A stretch of DNA of 64,000 nucleotides, from positions 105,778 through 169,777 of IMG/VR virus record IMGVR_UViG_3300032249_000542; one strand, given 5' to 3'. Source of the DNA: a virus. This document shows positions 34,993 through 44,686 of the stretch, in pieces. Both the position numbers and the translations under genes were made by a program. The notes below the pieces were generated by a model that saw only the letters and a list, made by a program, of their open reading frames with translations, had not been told where the DNA came from and ran no database searches. The first letter of the stretch is position 1; each line of letters starts with the position of its first letter.

Positions 34993-35419
34993 ATTTGTAA
35001 ATGCACACATGAAGGTTGCAGAAACTTATGCTCAACTTTCTAGTGCTAGACGATTACAAGTTGGTTGTGTTATAGTAAAGAATGACACTATCATTGGTAT
35101 CGGTTACAACGGTATGCCTTCTGGTTGGGATAACAAATGTGAGGATGATGTTTATGTGGATGATATGCATGTAAAACTAGTCACTAAACCAGAAGTGATT
35201 CATGCAGAGGCAAATGCACTTGCAAAGGTAACCCGCTCAACTAATTCTTCAGAAGGTGCTTCCATATTTGTTACACATGCTCCTTGCATGGATTGTGCAA
35301 AACAAATCTATCAAGCGGGAATTTCGGAAGTGATTTTTAAACATCTCAACTTAAAAAACAATGATGGGATAGACTTTTTAACAAAATGCAATATTCCAAT
35401 TCGCCAATATGAACCCTAA
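34982..35419 (+). CDS. cd: dCMP deaminase
   Basis: GYNGMPSG, HAEANAL, PCMDC zinc motif. Confidence 0.95.
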   Translation: MKNKFVNAHMKVAETYAQLSSARRLQVGCVIVKNDTIIGIGYNGMPSGWDNKCEDDVYVDDMHVKLVTKPEVIHAEANALAKVTRSTNSSEGASIFVTHAPCMDCAKQIYQAGISEVIFKHLNLKNNDGIDFLTKCNIPIRQYEP

Positions 35420-35534
35420 TGATGTTATTCGTTTGTTGACAAGAATTCTTCCATGGATACCAAGTATTAACGACGGAATTCGAAATGAGATACAACAAAT
35501 AATTGACCAACTTAAAGCACAACAACGCCAATAA
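35409..35534 (+). CDS. Small hypothetical protein (41 aa)
   Basis: MNPNDVIRLLTRILPWIP...; overlaps the deaminase stop and fills the gap. Confidence 0.5.
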   Translation: MNPNDVIRLLTRILPWIPSINDGIRNEIQQIIDQLKAQQRQ

Positions 35535-35556
35535 TTTATTAACTGAGGAAAAATAT

Positions 35557-35781
35557 ATGAACATTCGTGAGCTCGCAAAAAACATCGCATCACAAAAGAA
35601 CGCACCTAAGGCATACAAGTATGACTTGTTCCTTCGTGACTTTGACAACAAGGTAGAGTTGTTGGGTCTTGTTGATGACCCAACGTATGATATGAAAGAC
35701 TTTGTTGGAAGGGAAATGTTATTCCCTCGCAAGTGGGTAACCCTAAGAGTTTTAGATGCTGATATGAAGGTGGCAGTATAA
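35557..35781 (+). CDS. Hypothetical protein
   Basis: RBS GAGGA before ATG 35557. Confidence 0.65.
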   Translation: MNIRELAKNIASQKNAPKAYKYDLFLRDFDNKVELLGLVDDPTYDMKDFVGREMLFPRKWVTLRVLDADMKVAV

Positions 35782-36080
35782 TGATAAAACTACTCACACT
35801 AAAAACAAATCATACCCTAATGGGGAATGTTGAAGATTTACCAGAATTTAATTATGTGACTATTAAAGAACCTGTACAGGTGGTACAGATTCCACCACGT
35901 GCGGCAAACGATACTGGAAGTATTGCTTTTTCTCCATTTTTAGATTATACTAATGAATTCAGAAGTGGAATACAGATTATAAAAAATGATATTCTAACCA
36001 CTACTACGCCTATACTTGAATTAGAAAATCAGTATAACTCTATCTTCGGATCCGGAATACAAATTGCAAAAACACTTTAA
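35781..36080 (+). CDS. Conserved hypothetical protein (Sm-like) upstream of gp43
   Basis: IKLLTLKTNHTLMG...YNSIFGSGIQ; translationally coupled. Confidence 0.65.
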   Translation: MIKLLTLKTNHTLMGNVEDLPEFNYVTIKEPVQVVQIPPRAANDTGSIAFSPFLDYTNEFRSGIQIIKNDILTTTTPILELENQYNSIFGSGIQIAKTL

Positions 36081-38611
36081 TGAGTAAATACTACACAAAC
36101 ATAACGGTATATGGTCCTCATATACTTTATCGAGGTGTAAAGAATGGTAGGCGCATAAAAGAGAAAATCAACTATGCGCCTACTCTCTTTTTACCTGCCA
36201 AGAAAAAGACCGACTACAAAACTCTGTTCGGTGAATATCTAGAACCCATGCAGTTTTCCAATATTAGAGAGGCAAGGGACTTTGTTAAACGATATGAATC
36301 CGTAGAGAATTTTAAAGTCTATGGTAATGATCGTTACGCATATGCATTTATCGCAGACAACCACAAAGGTTTGATTGATTGGAATATGGATGAACTATCA
36401 ATTGTAATCATCGATATTGAGGTTGGTTCTGAGAATGGTTTCCCTGATCCTTACAAAGCATCCGAACCAATTACTGCAATTGCTGTTCGTCAATTGAACG
36501 GTGGCACTACTGTTTATGGTTGTGGTCACTATGATAATAACGATGAAACTGTTAGTTATGTTCGATGCCAAGATGAAATTGATCTATGTAAGAAATTTCT
36601 AAATGATTGGCAACACAACTATCCTGATGTGATAACTGGTTGGAATACTGAAGGATTTGATATTCCTTATCTGATTAATCGTTTCACTAAACTATTTGGT
36701 GAGAAGGAAGCACGTAAGTTATCTCCATGGGAAGTAATCAATGAGAGGGTTTACAATTTCAAAGGTTCAGAGAAGAAGTCTTATGATATCTTTGGTATTG
36801 GTCAACTAGATTATATTGAACTATACAAATGGTATGCGCCTAATGGTAAGTCACAAGATTCATACAAGTTGGACAACATCGCAAGTGTAGAACTTGGTGA
36901 GAACAAACTATCCTATGATGAATATGATACCCTTCATCAATTGTACAGATTAAACTATCAGAAGTTTATTGAGTATAACATCAAAGACGTTGAACTGATT
37001 CTGAAACTAGAAGAAAAGTTAAAGTTGATTCAGTTGGCATTGACTATGGCATATGATACCAAGTGTAACTATGCTGATGTCTTTGCACAAACTCGCATGT
37101 GGGATGCATTGATTTACAATCATCTACTAGAACAAAAGATCATCGTACCACCAAAAGAAGTTTCACATAAAGGTGAAGCATTTGAAGGTGCGTATGTTAA
37201 AGAACCACAAGTTGGTAATCACGATTGGGTTGCATCGTTTGACTTGAATTCTCTGTATCCACACTTGATTCAAATGTACAACATATCTCCTGAGACGTTG
37301 ATTCCTGTATCAGAACATACAGAAGAAATGCGTAAGGTAATACATGATGGTGTAACCGTAGATAAACTGTTAGAAATGAAAGTTGACACTTCAAAGATAT
37401 CGAATGTCATCCTAACACCTAATGCTCAATACTTCCGTAAAGGTGTACAAGGATTCTTGCCAAAGATGATGGAAGAAATGTATGAGGATCGTAAGAAGTT
37501 TAAGAAGTTAATGCTCAAGGCTGAACAAGAGTATGAAAATGAAACTGATGTAACTAAGAAAAAAGAACTAGAGAATTTAATCTCAAGATATAACAATCTA
37601 CAACTTGCAAAGAAATTATCTTTGAACTCTGCTTATGGTGCATTGGGTTCACAGTATTTTCGATTCTTTGATTTGCGAATGGCACTAGCAGTAACCATGT
37701 CGGGTCAACTAGCAATCCAGTGGATTGAAAGTAAACTTAATACCTACATGAATGATATTTTAAAAACGAAAAAAGATTATGTTATTGCTTCAGATACGGA
37801 TTCGATATATCTCAACCTTGGCCCACTTGTACGCAAAGTCTATAAAGAAGAAACGGATCCTAACAAAATTATCACCTTCATGGATCGTGTCTGTGAAGAT
37901 AAGATACAACCGTACATTAATAAGAGTTATCAAGAACTTGCTGATTACATCCACGCCTACGCACAAAAAATGCAAATGAAACGTGAAGCACTTGCAAGTA
38001 AAGGTATATGGACTGCAAAGAAACGATACATCCTCAATGTGTATAACAATGAAGGTGTACAGTATGCAGAACCGCAGATGAAGGTTAAAGGTCTAGAGAT
38101 GATTAAATCTTCTACACCTTATGCTATTCGTGAAAAGATGAAGGAGATGGTTAAACTTGTAATGAATGGTACAGAGAGTGACGTACAAGACTTTATTGCG
38201 AAATTCCGAGAAGAATTTAAATCCTTACCAGTCGAAGATATATCGTTCCCACGTGGAGTGAATAATCTTGCTGAGTATCGTGATTCTGTTGGTATATACA
38301 AGAAAGGTACACCTATTCATGTAAAGGGTGCGTTACTATATAATCATTTCTTAAAACAAAAGAATCTAACAAACAGTTACCCATTGATACAAGAAGGTGA
38401 GAAATTAAAGTTCACCTATCTAAAATCACCGAATCCAATAAAGGATACAGTCATATCTTTTCCGACAAGACTCCCGAAAGAGTTTGACTTGCAGAAGTAT
38501 ATCGACTATAATATTCAATTCGAGAAGGCTTTTATTGAACCAGTTTCGGTTATTCTAACCTGTATGGGATGGGAGTCTGAAAAATCTAATTCGTTGGAGA
38601 GTTTCTTCTAA
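36080..38611 (+). CDS. gp43: Family B DNA polymerase gp43
   Basis: Exo DIE, SFDLNSLYPH, KLSLNSAYG, SDTDS, KKRY; C-terminal clamp motif SLESFF. Confidence 0.98.
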   Translation: MSKYYTNITVYGPHILYRGVKNGRRIKEKINYAPTLFLPAKKKTDYKTLFGEYLEPMQFSNIREARDFVKRYESVENFKVYGNDRYAYAFIADNHKGLIDWNMDELSIVIIDIEVGSENGFPDPYKASEPITAIAVRQLNGGTTVYGCGHYDNNDETVSYVRCQDEIDLCKKFLNDWQHNYPDVITGWNTEGFDIPYLINRFTKLFGEKEARKLSPWEVINERVYNFKGSEKKSYDIFGIGQLDYIELYKWYAPNGKSQDSYKLDNIASVELGENKLSYDEYDTLHQLYRLNYQKFIEYNIKDVELILKLEEKLKLIQLALTMAYDTKCNYADVFAQTRMWDALIYNHLLEQKIIVPPKEVSHKGEAFEGAYVKEPQVGNHDWVASFDLNSLYPHLIQMYNISPETLIPVSEHTEEMRKVIHDGVTVDKLLEMKVDTSKISNVILTPNAQYFRKGVQGFLPKMMEEMYEDRKKFKKLMLKAEQEYENETDVTKKKELENLISRYNNLQLAKKLSLNSAYGALGSQYFRFFDLRMALAVTMSGQLAIQWIESKLNTYMNDILKTKKDYVIASDTDSIYLNLGPLVRKVYKEETDPNKIITFMDRVCEDKIQPYINKSYQELADYIHAYAQKMQMKREALASKGIWTAKKRYILNVYNNEGVQYAEPQMKVKGLEMIKSSTPYAIREKMKEMVKLVMNGTESDVQDFIAKFREEFKSLPVEDISFPRGVNNLAEYRDSVGIYKKGTPIHVKGALLYNHFLKQKNLTNSYPLIQEGEKLKFTYLKSPNPIKDTVISFPTRLPKEFDLQKYIDYNIQFEKAFIEPVSVILTCMGWESEKSNSLESFF

Positions 38612-39498
38612 TGTTACAATCGTTATTTCCATTCTTAACTGCTATTGCTTTGTCTGCTGTTGCAGCATACTATTCAGTCATTGGTCTTGCACAGATATTC
38701 CCAGGTTCATACTGGCCGATTATTATCATGGGTTCGGTACTTGAGATGGCTAAGTTGGTAACAGTATCTTGGTTATATAACAATTGGAATGTTACAACAC
38801 GATGGATGCGTTATTACTTTTTAATCGCTGTTCTTTTACTCATGGGTATTACATCCATGGGTATCTTTGGCTATCTGTCAAAAGCACACATCGAACATTC
38901 AACAAGTTTATCTCCATTGATTGAGAAGGAATTTATTTATGATGAGAAGATTAAAGTCCAAAAAGAGACCATCGAAGCTAATCGCAAAAATCTTTTACAG
39001 TTGGATGCGGCTGTCGACCAAGTCATGGCACGCTCGACGGACGAAAGGGGGGCTGAGAGGTCGAACCAAATCCGCAAAGCCCAACAGAAGGAGCGTCTAC
39101 GAGCGGCTGATGAGATTGCTAGGGCGCAGACCGAAATACAGAAAATTACGGAAGAAAAGTCTCCTATCTCCTTGGAAATCAAAAAGGCTGAATCAGACTT
39201 GGGGCCTATAAAATATGTTGCTGAAGTAGTTTATGAAACGCAAGATCGTGACCTTATAGATAAAGCAGTAAGACTAGTAATCTTTATCATCATTGTAGTG
39301 TTCGATCCATTGGCAGTATTGTTATTGATTGCTGCCAATCAAACATACCGTAAGAGTATCAAAGATAAAAAGCAAAAGGTAAAGGTTCGTAAGTCTATTG
39401 ACGTTCCTCCAGTAGCTAGTGTAGAATCATTCATAGACGAAAAAAATACAGTAATATCTAAAGACAAAATTGCAAACATGACCGGAGAATTTAAATGA
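38611..39498 (+). CDS. Membrane protein with central coiled coil
   Basis: Three N-terminal hydrophobic helices, coiled coil, GPIKYVA, fourth TM (VFDPLAVLLLIA). Confidence 0.75.
   Translation: MLQSLFPFLTAIALSAVAAYYSVIGLAQIFPGSYWPIIIMGSVLEMAKLVTVSWLYNNWNVTTRWMRYYFLIAVLLLMGITSMGIFGYLSKAHIEHSTSLSPLIEKEFIYDEKIKVQKETIEANRKNLLQLDAAVDQVMARSTDERGAERSNQIRKAQQKERLRAADEIARAQTEIQKITEEKSPISLEIKKAESDLGPIKYVAEVVYETQDRDLIDKAVRLVIFIIIVVFDPLAVLLLIAANQTYRKSIKDKKQKVKVRKSIDVPPVASVESFIDEKNTVISKDKIANMTGEFK
38939..39211 (+). CDS. Candidate overprinted Arg/Lys-rich protein
   Basis: AAGGA RBS 8 nt before ATG; coincides with a GC-rich patch. Confidence 0.4.
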   Translation: MMRRLKSKKRPSKLIAKIFYSWMRLSTKSWHARRTKGGLRGRTKSAKPNRRSVYERLMRLLGRRPKYRKLRKKSLLSPWKSKRLNQTWGL

Positions 39499-40559
39499 GT
39501 GGCATACTTGATAAGTTAAAGAAAAATTCAACAATCGCACAGACAGCGATTCTATCTAAATCAACACTATTTGGTAACAAGGATATGATTCAAACATCCG
39601 TACCAATGATTAATGTTGCATTGTCTGGAAGTCTTGAAGGAGGATTGACTCCTGGTATTACTGTACTCGCAGGTCCATCTAAACATTTTAAAACTGCATT
39701 TGCATTATTGATGGCAGCATCATATCAAGCAAAGTATCCTGATTCAGTTGTTCTATTCTATGATTCAGAGTTTGGTTCACCGCAAGCATACTTTGAAACA
39801 TTTGGTATCAACATGGATCGTGTATTGCATACACCTATTACTGATATTGAAGAACTGAAACATGACTTGATGAATCAAGCAGCACAGATTGAAAAAGGTG
39901 AGAAAGTAATTATCGTTATTGATTCTATTGGTAATCTTGCATCAAAGAAAGAGATTGACGATACGATGGAAGGTAAGTCTGTTGCAGACATGACCCGTGC
40001 TAAACAATTGAAATCTTTGTTTAGAATGATTACACCACATCTGGCACTCAAAGATATTCCAATGGTTGTTGTTAATCACACATACATGGAAATTGGAATG
40101 TTCCCTAAGGCAATCGTTTCAGGTGGTACTGGTATTGTTTATTCAGCAGATACAATCTGGATTCTTGGTCGTCAACAAGAAAAGACCGGAACAGAACTTA
40201 CTGGATACAACTTCATCATCAATGTTGAGAAGTCACGATTCGTTAAAGAGAAATCAAAGATTCCTATCACAGTATCATTTGAAGGTGGTATCCAAAAGTA
40301 TTCTGGTTTGATGGATATTGCACTTGAAGGTAACTTTGTAAGTAAACCATCGAATGGTTGGTATGCAAAGGTAGACCAAGATACTGGTGAGATTGGTGAG
40401 AAACATAGATTCTCTGATACACAAACAAAAGGATTCTGGGAAGATATACTTGAGAGTGAAAAATTTAAAGAATTCGTAAGGAGACGATATGAGATTGCCT
40501 ATGGAAACATTATGGGAGAAACTCCAGTTCTGGAACAAGAAGAAACCGAAGATGCTTAA
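39495..40559 (+). CDS. uvsX: RecA-like recombinase UvsX
   Basis: AGPSKHFKT, YDSEFG, IDSIGNLAS, VVVNHTY, SGGTG. Confidence 0.96.
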   Translation: MSGILDKLKKNSTIAQTAILSKSTLFGNKDMIQTSVPMINVALSGSLEGGLTPGITVLAGPSKHFKTAFALLMAASYQAKYPDSVVLFYDSEFGSPQAYFETFGINMDRVLHTPITDIEELKHDLMNQAAQIEKGEKVIIVIDSIGNLASKKEIDDTMEGKSVADMTRAKQLKSLFRMITPHLALKDIPMVVVNHTYMEIGMFPKAIVSGGTGIVYSADTIWILGRQQEKTGTELTGYNFIINVEKSRFVKEKSKIPITVSFEGGIQKYSGLMDIALEGNFVSKPSNGWYAKVDQDTGEIGEKHRFSDTQTKGFWEDILESEKFKEFVRRRYEIAYGNIMGETPVLEQEETEDA

Positions 40560-40866
40560 AGAAGGCGAAGATTATATCTTTTTTGATTCCGATGACAAAT
40601 CAATTACTGGAATCGCACTCACTAAAGGTAAGTACGAAGGTGTACTGTATCACTATCATAAGGCAAAGATAGTTGAAGAAGGTGAACTCGCAAGGTTACA
40701 ATTCGGGTTCACCATCATCGACCCAGGACAACATGATATTGATGTATTGACAAATGACGAAGAATTCTCTACAATAATGGGAGACATTCTAACAACTATA
40801 CTACTGGCAAAAGCAGAAAATGAAAAAACTGGAAACGACGATCCTGAGGAATTTATTCTACAATGA
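40489..40866 (+). CDS. gp40-like head vertex assembly chaperone (by synteny)
   Basis: Between uvsX and gp41; RBS AAGGAG; overlaps both neighbours. Confidence 0.55.
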   Translation: MRLPMETLWEKLQFWNKKKPKMLKEGEDYIFFDSDDKSITGIALTKGKYEGVLYHYHKAKIVEEGELARLQFGFTIIDPGQHDIDVLTNDEEFSTIMGDILTTILLAKAENEKTGNDDPEEFILQ

Positions 40867-42196
40867 GGAATTTACTCGCAAGACTTTGCCTTTCATAAAA
40901 GAAGAATACTTTACCGACAAAACAGAAAAGATTTTATTCAAAGAAATCAATTCATTTGTAAACGAATATAACAATCTACCAACGTATGAATCCGTCGTTA
41001 TTAATTTGTCGGATTCTAAATCAATTACCGAACAAGATTTAAGGCTAACCACAGAACTACTTGACACCATCAAAGAAGAAAAGGATGTGTCAGTAGAACT
41101 GAGGTGGTTGACTGAACAAACTGAAAAGTTTTGTCAGGATCGTGCTATATACAATGCGATCATGGAATCTGTTCAAATCCTAGATAGTAGTACAAAAGCA
41201 AAAGGTGAGATACCAAAGTTATTGAGTGATGCACTAGGTGTATCATTTGATTCAAACATTGGTCATGACTATATTAATGATTCTGAAAACCGATTTGACT
41301 TCTATCATCGTAAAGAAGAAAAGATTAGATTTGACCTTGACCTATTCAATAAGATCACCAAGGGTGGATTGCCTGCAAAGACTTTGAACATTGCATTGGC
41401 AGGTACAGGTGTTGGTAAATCTTTGTTTATGTGTCACGTTGCTGCTTCTTGTTTATCGCAAGGAAAGAATGTGTTGTATATCACGATGGAGATGGCAGAA
41501 GAAAAGATTGCAGAACGTATTGATGCGAATCTATTGAACATCGACATATCCGAACTACATGCAATCAGTAAAGCAGATTATGAGAGAAAAATCGACATAC
41601 TGAAAGCAAAGACAGATGGCAAACTTATCATCAAAGAGTTTCCAACTGCATCTGCATCTGCACTCCACTTCCGTGCATTGTTGAGTGATTTGCAATTAAA
41701 AAAGAACTTCAGACCAGATATGATATTCATCGACTATCTTAATATCTGTGCCTCTGCAAGAATCAAACCAGGGTCTAATGTAAATTCATATAGTTACATT
41801 AAATCTATTGCAGAAGAACTCCGTGGACTTGCAGTAGAACAAAATGTTGCAATCGTATCTGCTACACAAACAACAAGGTCAGGGTTCACAAGTTCTGACC
41901 CTGGACTTGAAGATACTTCAGAATCATTTGGTCTACCTGCAACTGCTGATTTTATGTTTGCATTGATTAGTACAGAGGAACTAGAACAACTTGGTCAGAT
42001 CATGGTGAAGCAATTGAAGAATCGATACAACGATCCTAACTTATATAAACGATTCGTTCTTGGTATTGATCGTGCAAAGATGAGATTGTATGATGCTGAA
42101 CAGTCTGCACAGATTGATATTGTAGATTCAGGTGCTCCTAGTATTCCAAGTAAACCAAATAAATTTAGTAGAAACTTTGAGGGGATTAAGGTATGA
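40820..42196 (+). CDS. gp41: Replicative helicase gp41
   Basis: AGTGVGKS, IFIDYLNI, SATQTTR, SESFGLPATAD, KQLKNRY. Confidence 0.97.
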   Translation: MKKLETTILRNLFYNEEFTRKTLPFIKEEYFTDKTEKILFKEINSFVNEYNNLPTYESVVINLSDSKSITEQDLRLTTELLDTIKEEKDVSVELRWLTEQTEKFCQDRAIYNAIMESVQILDSSTKAKGEIPKLLSDALGVSFDSNIGHDYINDSENRFDFYHRKEEKIRFDLDLFNKITKGGLPAKTLNIALAGTGVGKSLFMCHVAASCLSQGKNVLYITMEMAEEKIAERIDANLLNIDISELHAISKADYERKIDILKAKTDGKLIIKEFPTASASALHFRALLSDLQLKKNFRPDMIFIDYLNICASARIKPGSNVNSYSYIKSIAEELRGLAVEQNVAIVSATQTTRSGFTSSDPGLEDTSESFGLPATADFMFALISTEELEQLGQIMVKQLKNRYNDPNLYKRFVLGIDRAKMRLYDAEQSAQIDIVDSGAPSIPSKPNKFSRNFEGIKV

Positions 42197-42447
42197 GTGA
42201 TAACGTATTTTCTTTTGCACAAGTTGAAAGCAAACACAAGGAAGCAGAAAAACAAAACCTATTGGATACAGTCGAAGAAGTTCGAAAGAAAATCGAAGAT
42301 GGTGAAATCACAGAACTTGTTTTTTCTTGCTTAACTACAGATGGTGACGTTGATATCAATGCATCAGTAAAAAATAGATTAAGTGCAATCGCATTATTAG
42401 AAGCAGGTAAGATGATACTTTTTAGAGATGTTAATTCAGAAGAATGA
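42193..42447 (+). CDS. Hypothetical protein
   Basis: Coupled ORF (ATGA overlaps). Confidence 0.65.
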   Translation: MSDNVFSFAQVESKHKEAEKQNLLDTVEEVRKKIEDGEITELVFSCLTTDGDVDINASVKNRLSAIALLEAGKMILFRDVNSEE

Positions 42448-43559
42448 ATTTGACTAAAGAACAGGCACTAGTGTGTGCCAAGATGTTCTCTGATTATTTC
42501 GATAAACATGCAAATGTCGAAGAATACATGAGAGAACAGAAATTGAATTCTATGAATGATAGACCAGTTACTCTACCTGGGATGGGACCAGAAGATGACT
42601 TGTTCTCTGATTTTGCTATGCATCCAAATAACATGGAATTTAAAGTGGTGGAGATATCTTCAGATAAATGGGATAACTATATCTCAATTATTTCATCACA
42701 TTCTAATATGACTAGTATCCCTGGTAGAAATATTAAGTTTGCAGTCAAAGAAGTCAAGAGTGATAAGTGGGTTGGATTCATTCGTTTGGCATCACCTATG
42801 ATGAATATGAAACCACGTAATGATATGTTGGGTGGTGCTTTTATATCTGATCCTGTAACTGCAAAATCATTTAATAATTCTGCAATCATGGGGTTTGTTA
42901 TCGTACCTGCACAACCATTTGGATTTAATTATCTTGGTGGTAAACTACTTGCGGCAATATGTTGTTCACATTTTGTCAGAGAACGTGTAAATGAAAAGTA
43001 TGGTATGAATTTGTGTTTGTTTGAAACTACAAGTCTATATGGTAGTTCTAAAACAGTCTCACAGTATGATGGTATGAAACCATACATTCGTTATAAAGGT
43101 TTGACTGAATCTAATTTCATTCCCATGATGCACGGTAAACCATATGATGACCTGATTAATTATGTTGAAGGATTGATTGGTGTGTTTGTTGCACCAGACG
43201 CATCGTCCAGAAAATTGACAATGCAGACTAAAATCATTTCAATGATAAAGGCAACATTGAAAGGTGAACCAGAATATCAGTCCTTTACAAAAACTCTGGA
43301 TAACGCACTCAATCTGATGGAAAAGAAACGATACTATATTTCTGACTATGGATTCAGTAACATGGAAGATGTTGCTATGGGACGTACTACAGAACTGATT
43401 CCAAACAAAGAAAACTACGACAAGTTTCATCTTGAAAACATTATAGAATGGTGGCGTAAGAAGGCTGTTAATAGATATGAAACTCTGAAGTCCGAGAATA
43501 GAATACGGACTGAACAAGAAGTCTGGACAAGTGGGAAAGATATTGACATAATTCGGTGA
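42444..43559 (+). CDS. DUF4338-like (DruA-related) protein
   Basis: IPGR, GFIRLASP, QPFGFNYLGGKLLA, FETTSLYG...SQYDG. Confidence 0.7.
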   Translation: MNLTKEQALVCAKMFSDYFDKHANVEEYMREQKLNSMNDRPVTLPGMGPEDDLFSDFAMHPNNMEFKVVEISSDKWDNYISIISSHSNMTSIPGRNIKFAVKEVKSDKWVGFIRLASPMMNMKPRNDMLGGAFISDPVTAKSFNNSAIMGFVIVPAQPFGFNYLGGKLLAAICCSHFVRERVNEKYGMNLCLFETTSLYGSSKTVSQYDGMKPYIRYKGLTESNFIPMMHGKPYDDLINYVEGLIGVFVAPDASSRKLTMQTKIISMIKATLKGEPEYQSFTKTLDNALNLMEKKRYYISDYGFSNMEDVAMGRTTELIPNKENYDKFHLENIIEWWRKKAVNRYETLKSENRIRTEQEVWTSGKDIDIIR

Positions 43560-43576
43560 TCGTGGTAATATAAATA
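43543..43576 (+). promoter_or_regulatory. Overlapping sigma70 and late promoters
   Basis: TTGACA-N17-TAATAT overlapping a perfect TATAAATA (43569-43576). Confidence 0.72.
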
Positions 43577-43600
43577 CTCCAATAACCATGGAGTTTTTTA

Positions 43601-44683
43601 ATGGCTTACACATTTTTTCCAAAGTCTGCAACTGAGATAAAAACGACTTTAAAGGGAGATTCAAAAAAAATTGATGATATTGTAAAATTATATCTTTTTT
43701 TGAGTAAGAAATTTCCTAAAACTGAAGCGCCAATTAATATTGATCCGGATTCAATTTCTAAAGTCAATATTTCCCGTGACCTTCAAAAAACTGTAAACTT
43801 AGCTAATATTAAAGCACAATCAAAAGCAAGTTCTATTACAATAAAATTTGGTTCAGGTTCTTCTGGTGGACGTGGTGTTAAGAATAAAGGTAATGCTTAT
43901 GAAGGAGAACTAGCTAATGCCATAAGACAATGGTGGAGTGGTGAACTTCCAGATGATCCAGATTTATTAGATCCGATTGAAAAGATTTGTAATATATACG
44001 ATTTAGAAAAATGGTCAACATTAGATGTTGTTGAAGTTGGTGAATTGAATAACAAACGTCCTTTCATTTATTCTCCACAAGTTTTAATTTCATCACAGAT
44101 TCCAGTTACTAATAATAACTTAGGACCAATTGTTACTGATATTACACTTCAATCTGGAAGAAAAAAAGAATACCTTAGTCTTAAAACTGGAGGAACTGTA
44201 ACATTTTTCAATTCTGGTATTAAAAAAGTTTTGACTCCACAAGAAATTAAATCCGGTCAAATAACAAATTTAAATGGATTAAAAATACTTGATATGTTCA
44301 ATATTGATAATCATATATTCTGCGACATTTTTAATGGCAACTTGAAAGAGTCCATTGTGGTTGATGTTTGGAAAACAATGTCAGTTAAACAGAAAAGTCA
44401 ATTAAAAATATTTTTAAAATCTGGAATTGGACATGGATATACTATTGTACATAAACTAACAAATAAAACTAAAGTTTATGTTGTAGATGAAAAATATATG
44501 AATGAAGCTGCAACTCCAAAATCATGTACAATTTATTACGGAGGAAAATCCGGTACAGGTAAACGTATTGATATGGAAATTGAAACAGGTCACTATACAC
44601 TTAAACTAAACATCCGTGACACACAAGGTGGAGATGGTTATCCAACCCGTATGATGTGTGATTATTCATACCTAAAAGAGTAA
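43601..44683 (+). CDS. Putative PD-(D/E)xK-like endonuclease
   Basis: GNAYE...VTDITL...YLSLK motif arrangement; more AT-rich than neighbours. Confidence 0.5.
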   Translation: MAYTFFPKSATEIKTTLKGDSKKIDDIVKLYLFLSKKFPKTEAPINIDPDSISKVNISRDLQKTVNLANIKAQSKASSITIKFGSGSSGGRGVKNKGNAYEGELANAIRQWWSGELPDDPDLLDPIEKICNIYDLEKWSTLDVVEVGELNNKRPFIYSPQVLISSQIPVTNNNLGPIVTDITLQSGRKKEYLSLKTGGTVTFFNSGIKKVLTPQEIKSGQITNLNGLKILDMFNIDNHIFCDIFNGNLKESIVVDVWKTMSVKQKSQLKIFLKSGIGHGYTIVHKLTNKTKVYVVDEKYMNEAATPKSCTIYYGGKSGTGKRIDMEIETGHYTLKLNIRDTQGGDGYPTRMMCDYSYLKE

Positions 44684-44686
44684 AAA

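Noticed and set aside
38611-39498. Rz/Rz1 spanin interpretation of the nested ORF
   Set aside because: Nested peptide has no signal peptide or lipobox Cys, the host protein is multi-pass, and no lysis genes are adjacent
42444-43559. Complete Druantia defence system
   Set aside because: Only a DruA-like domain; no DruE helicase or other dru genes nearby
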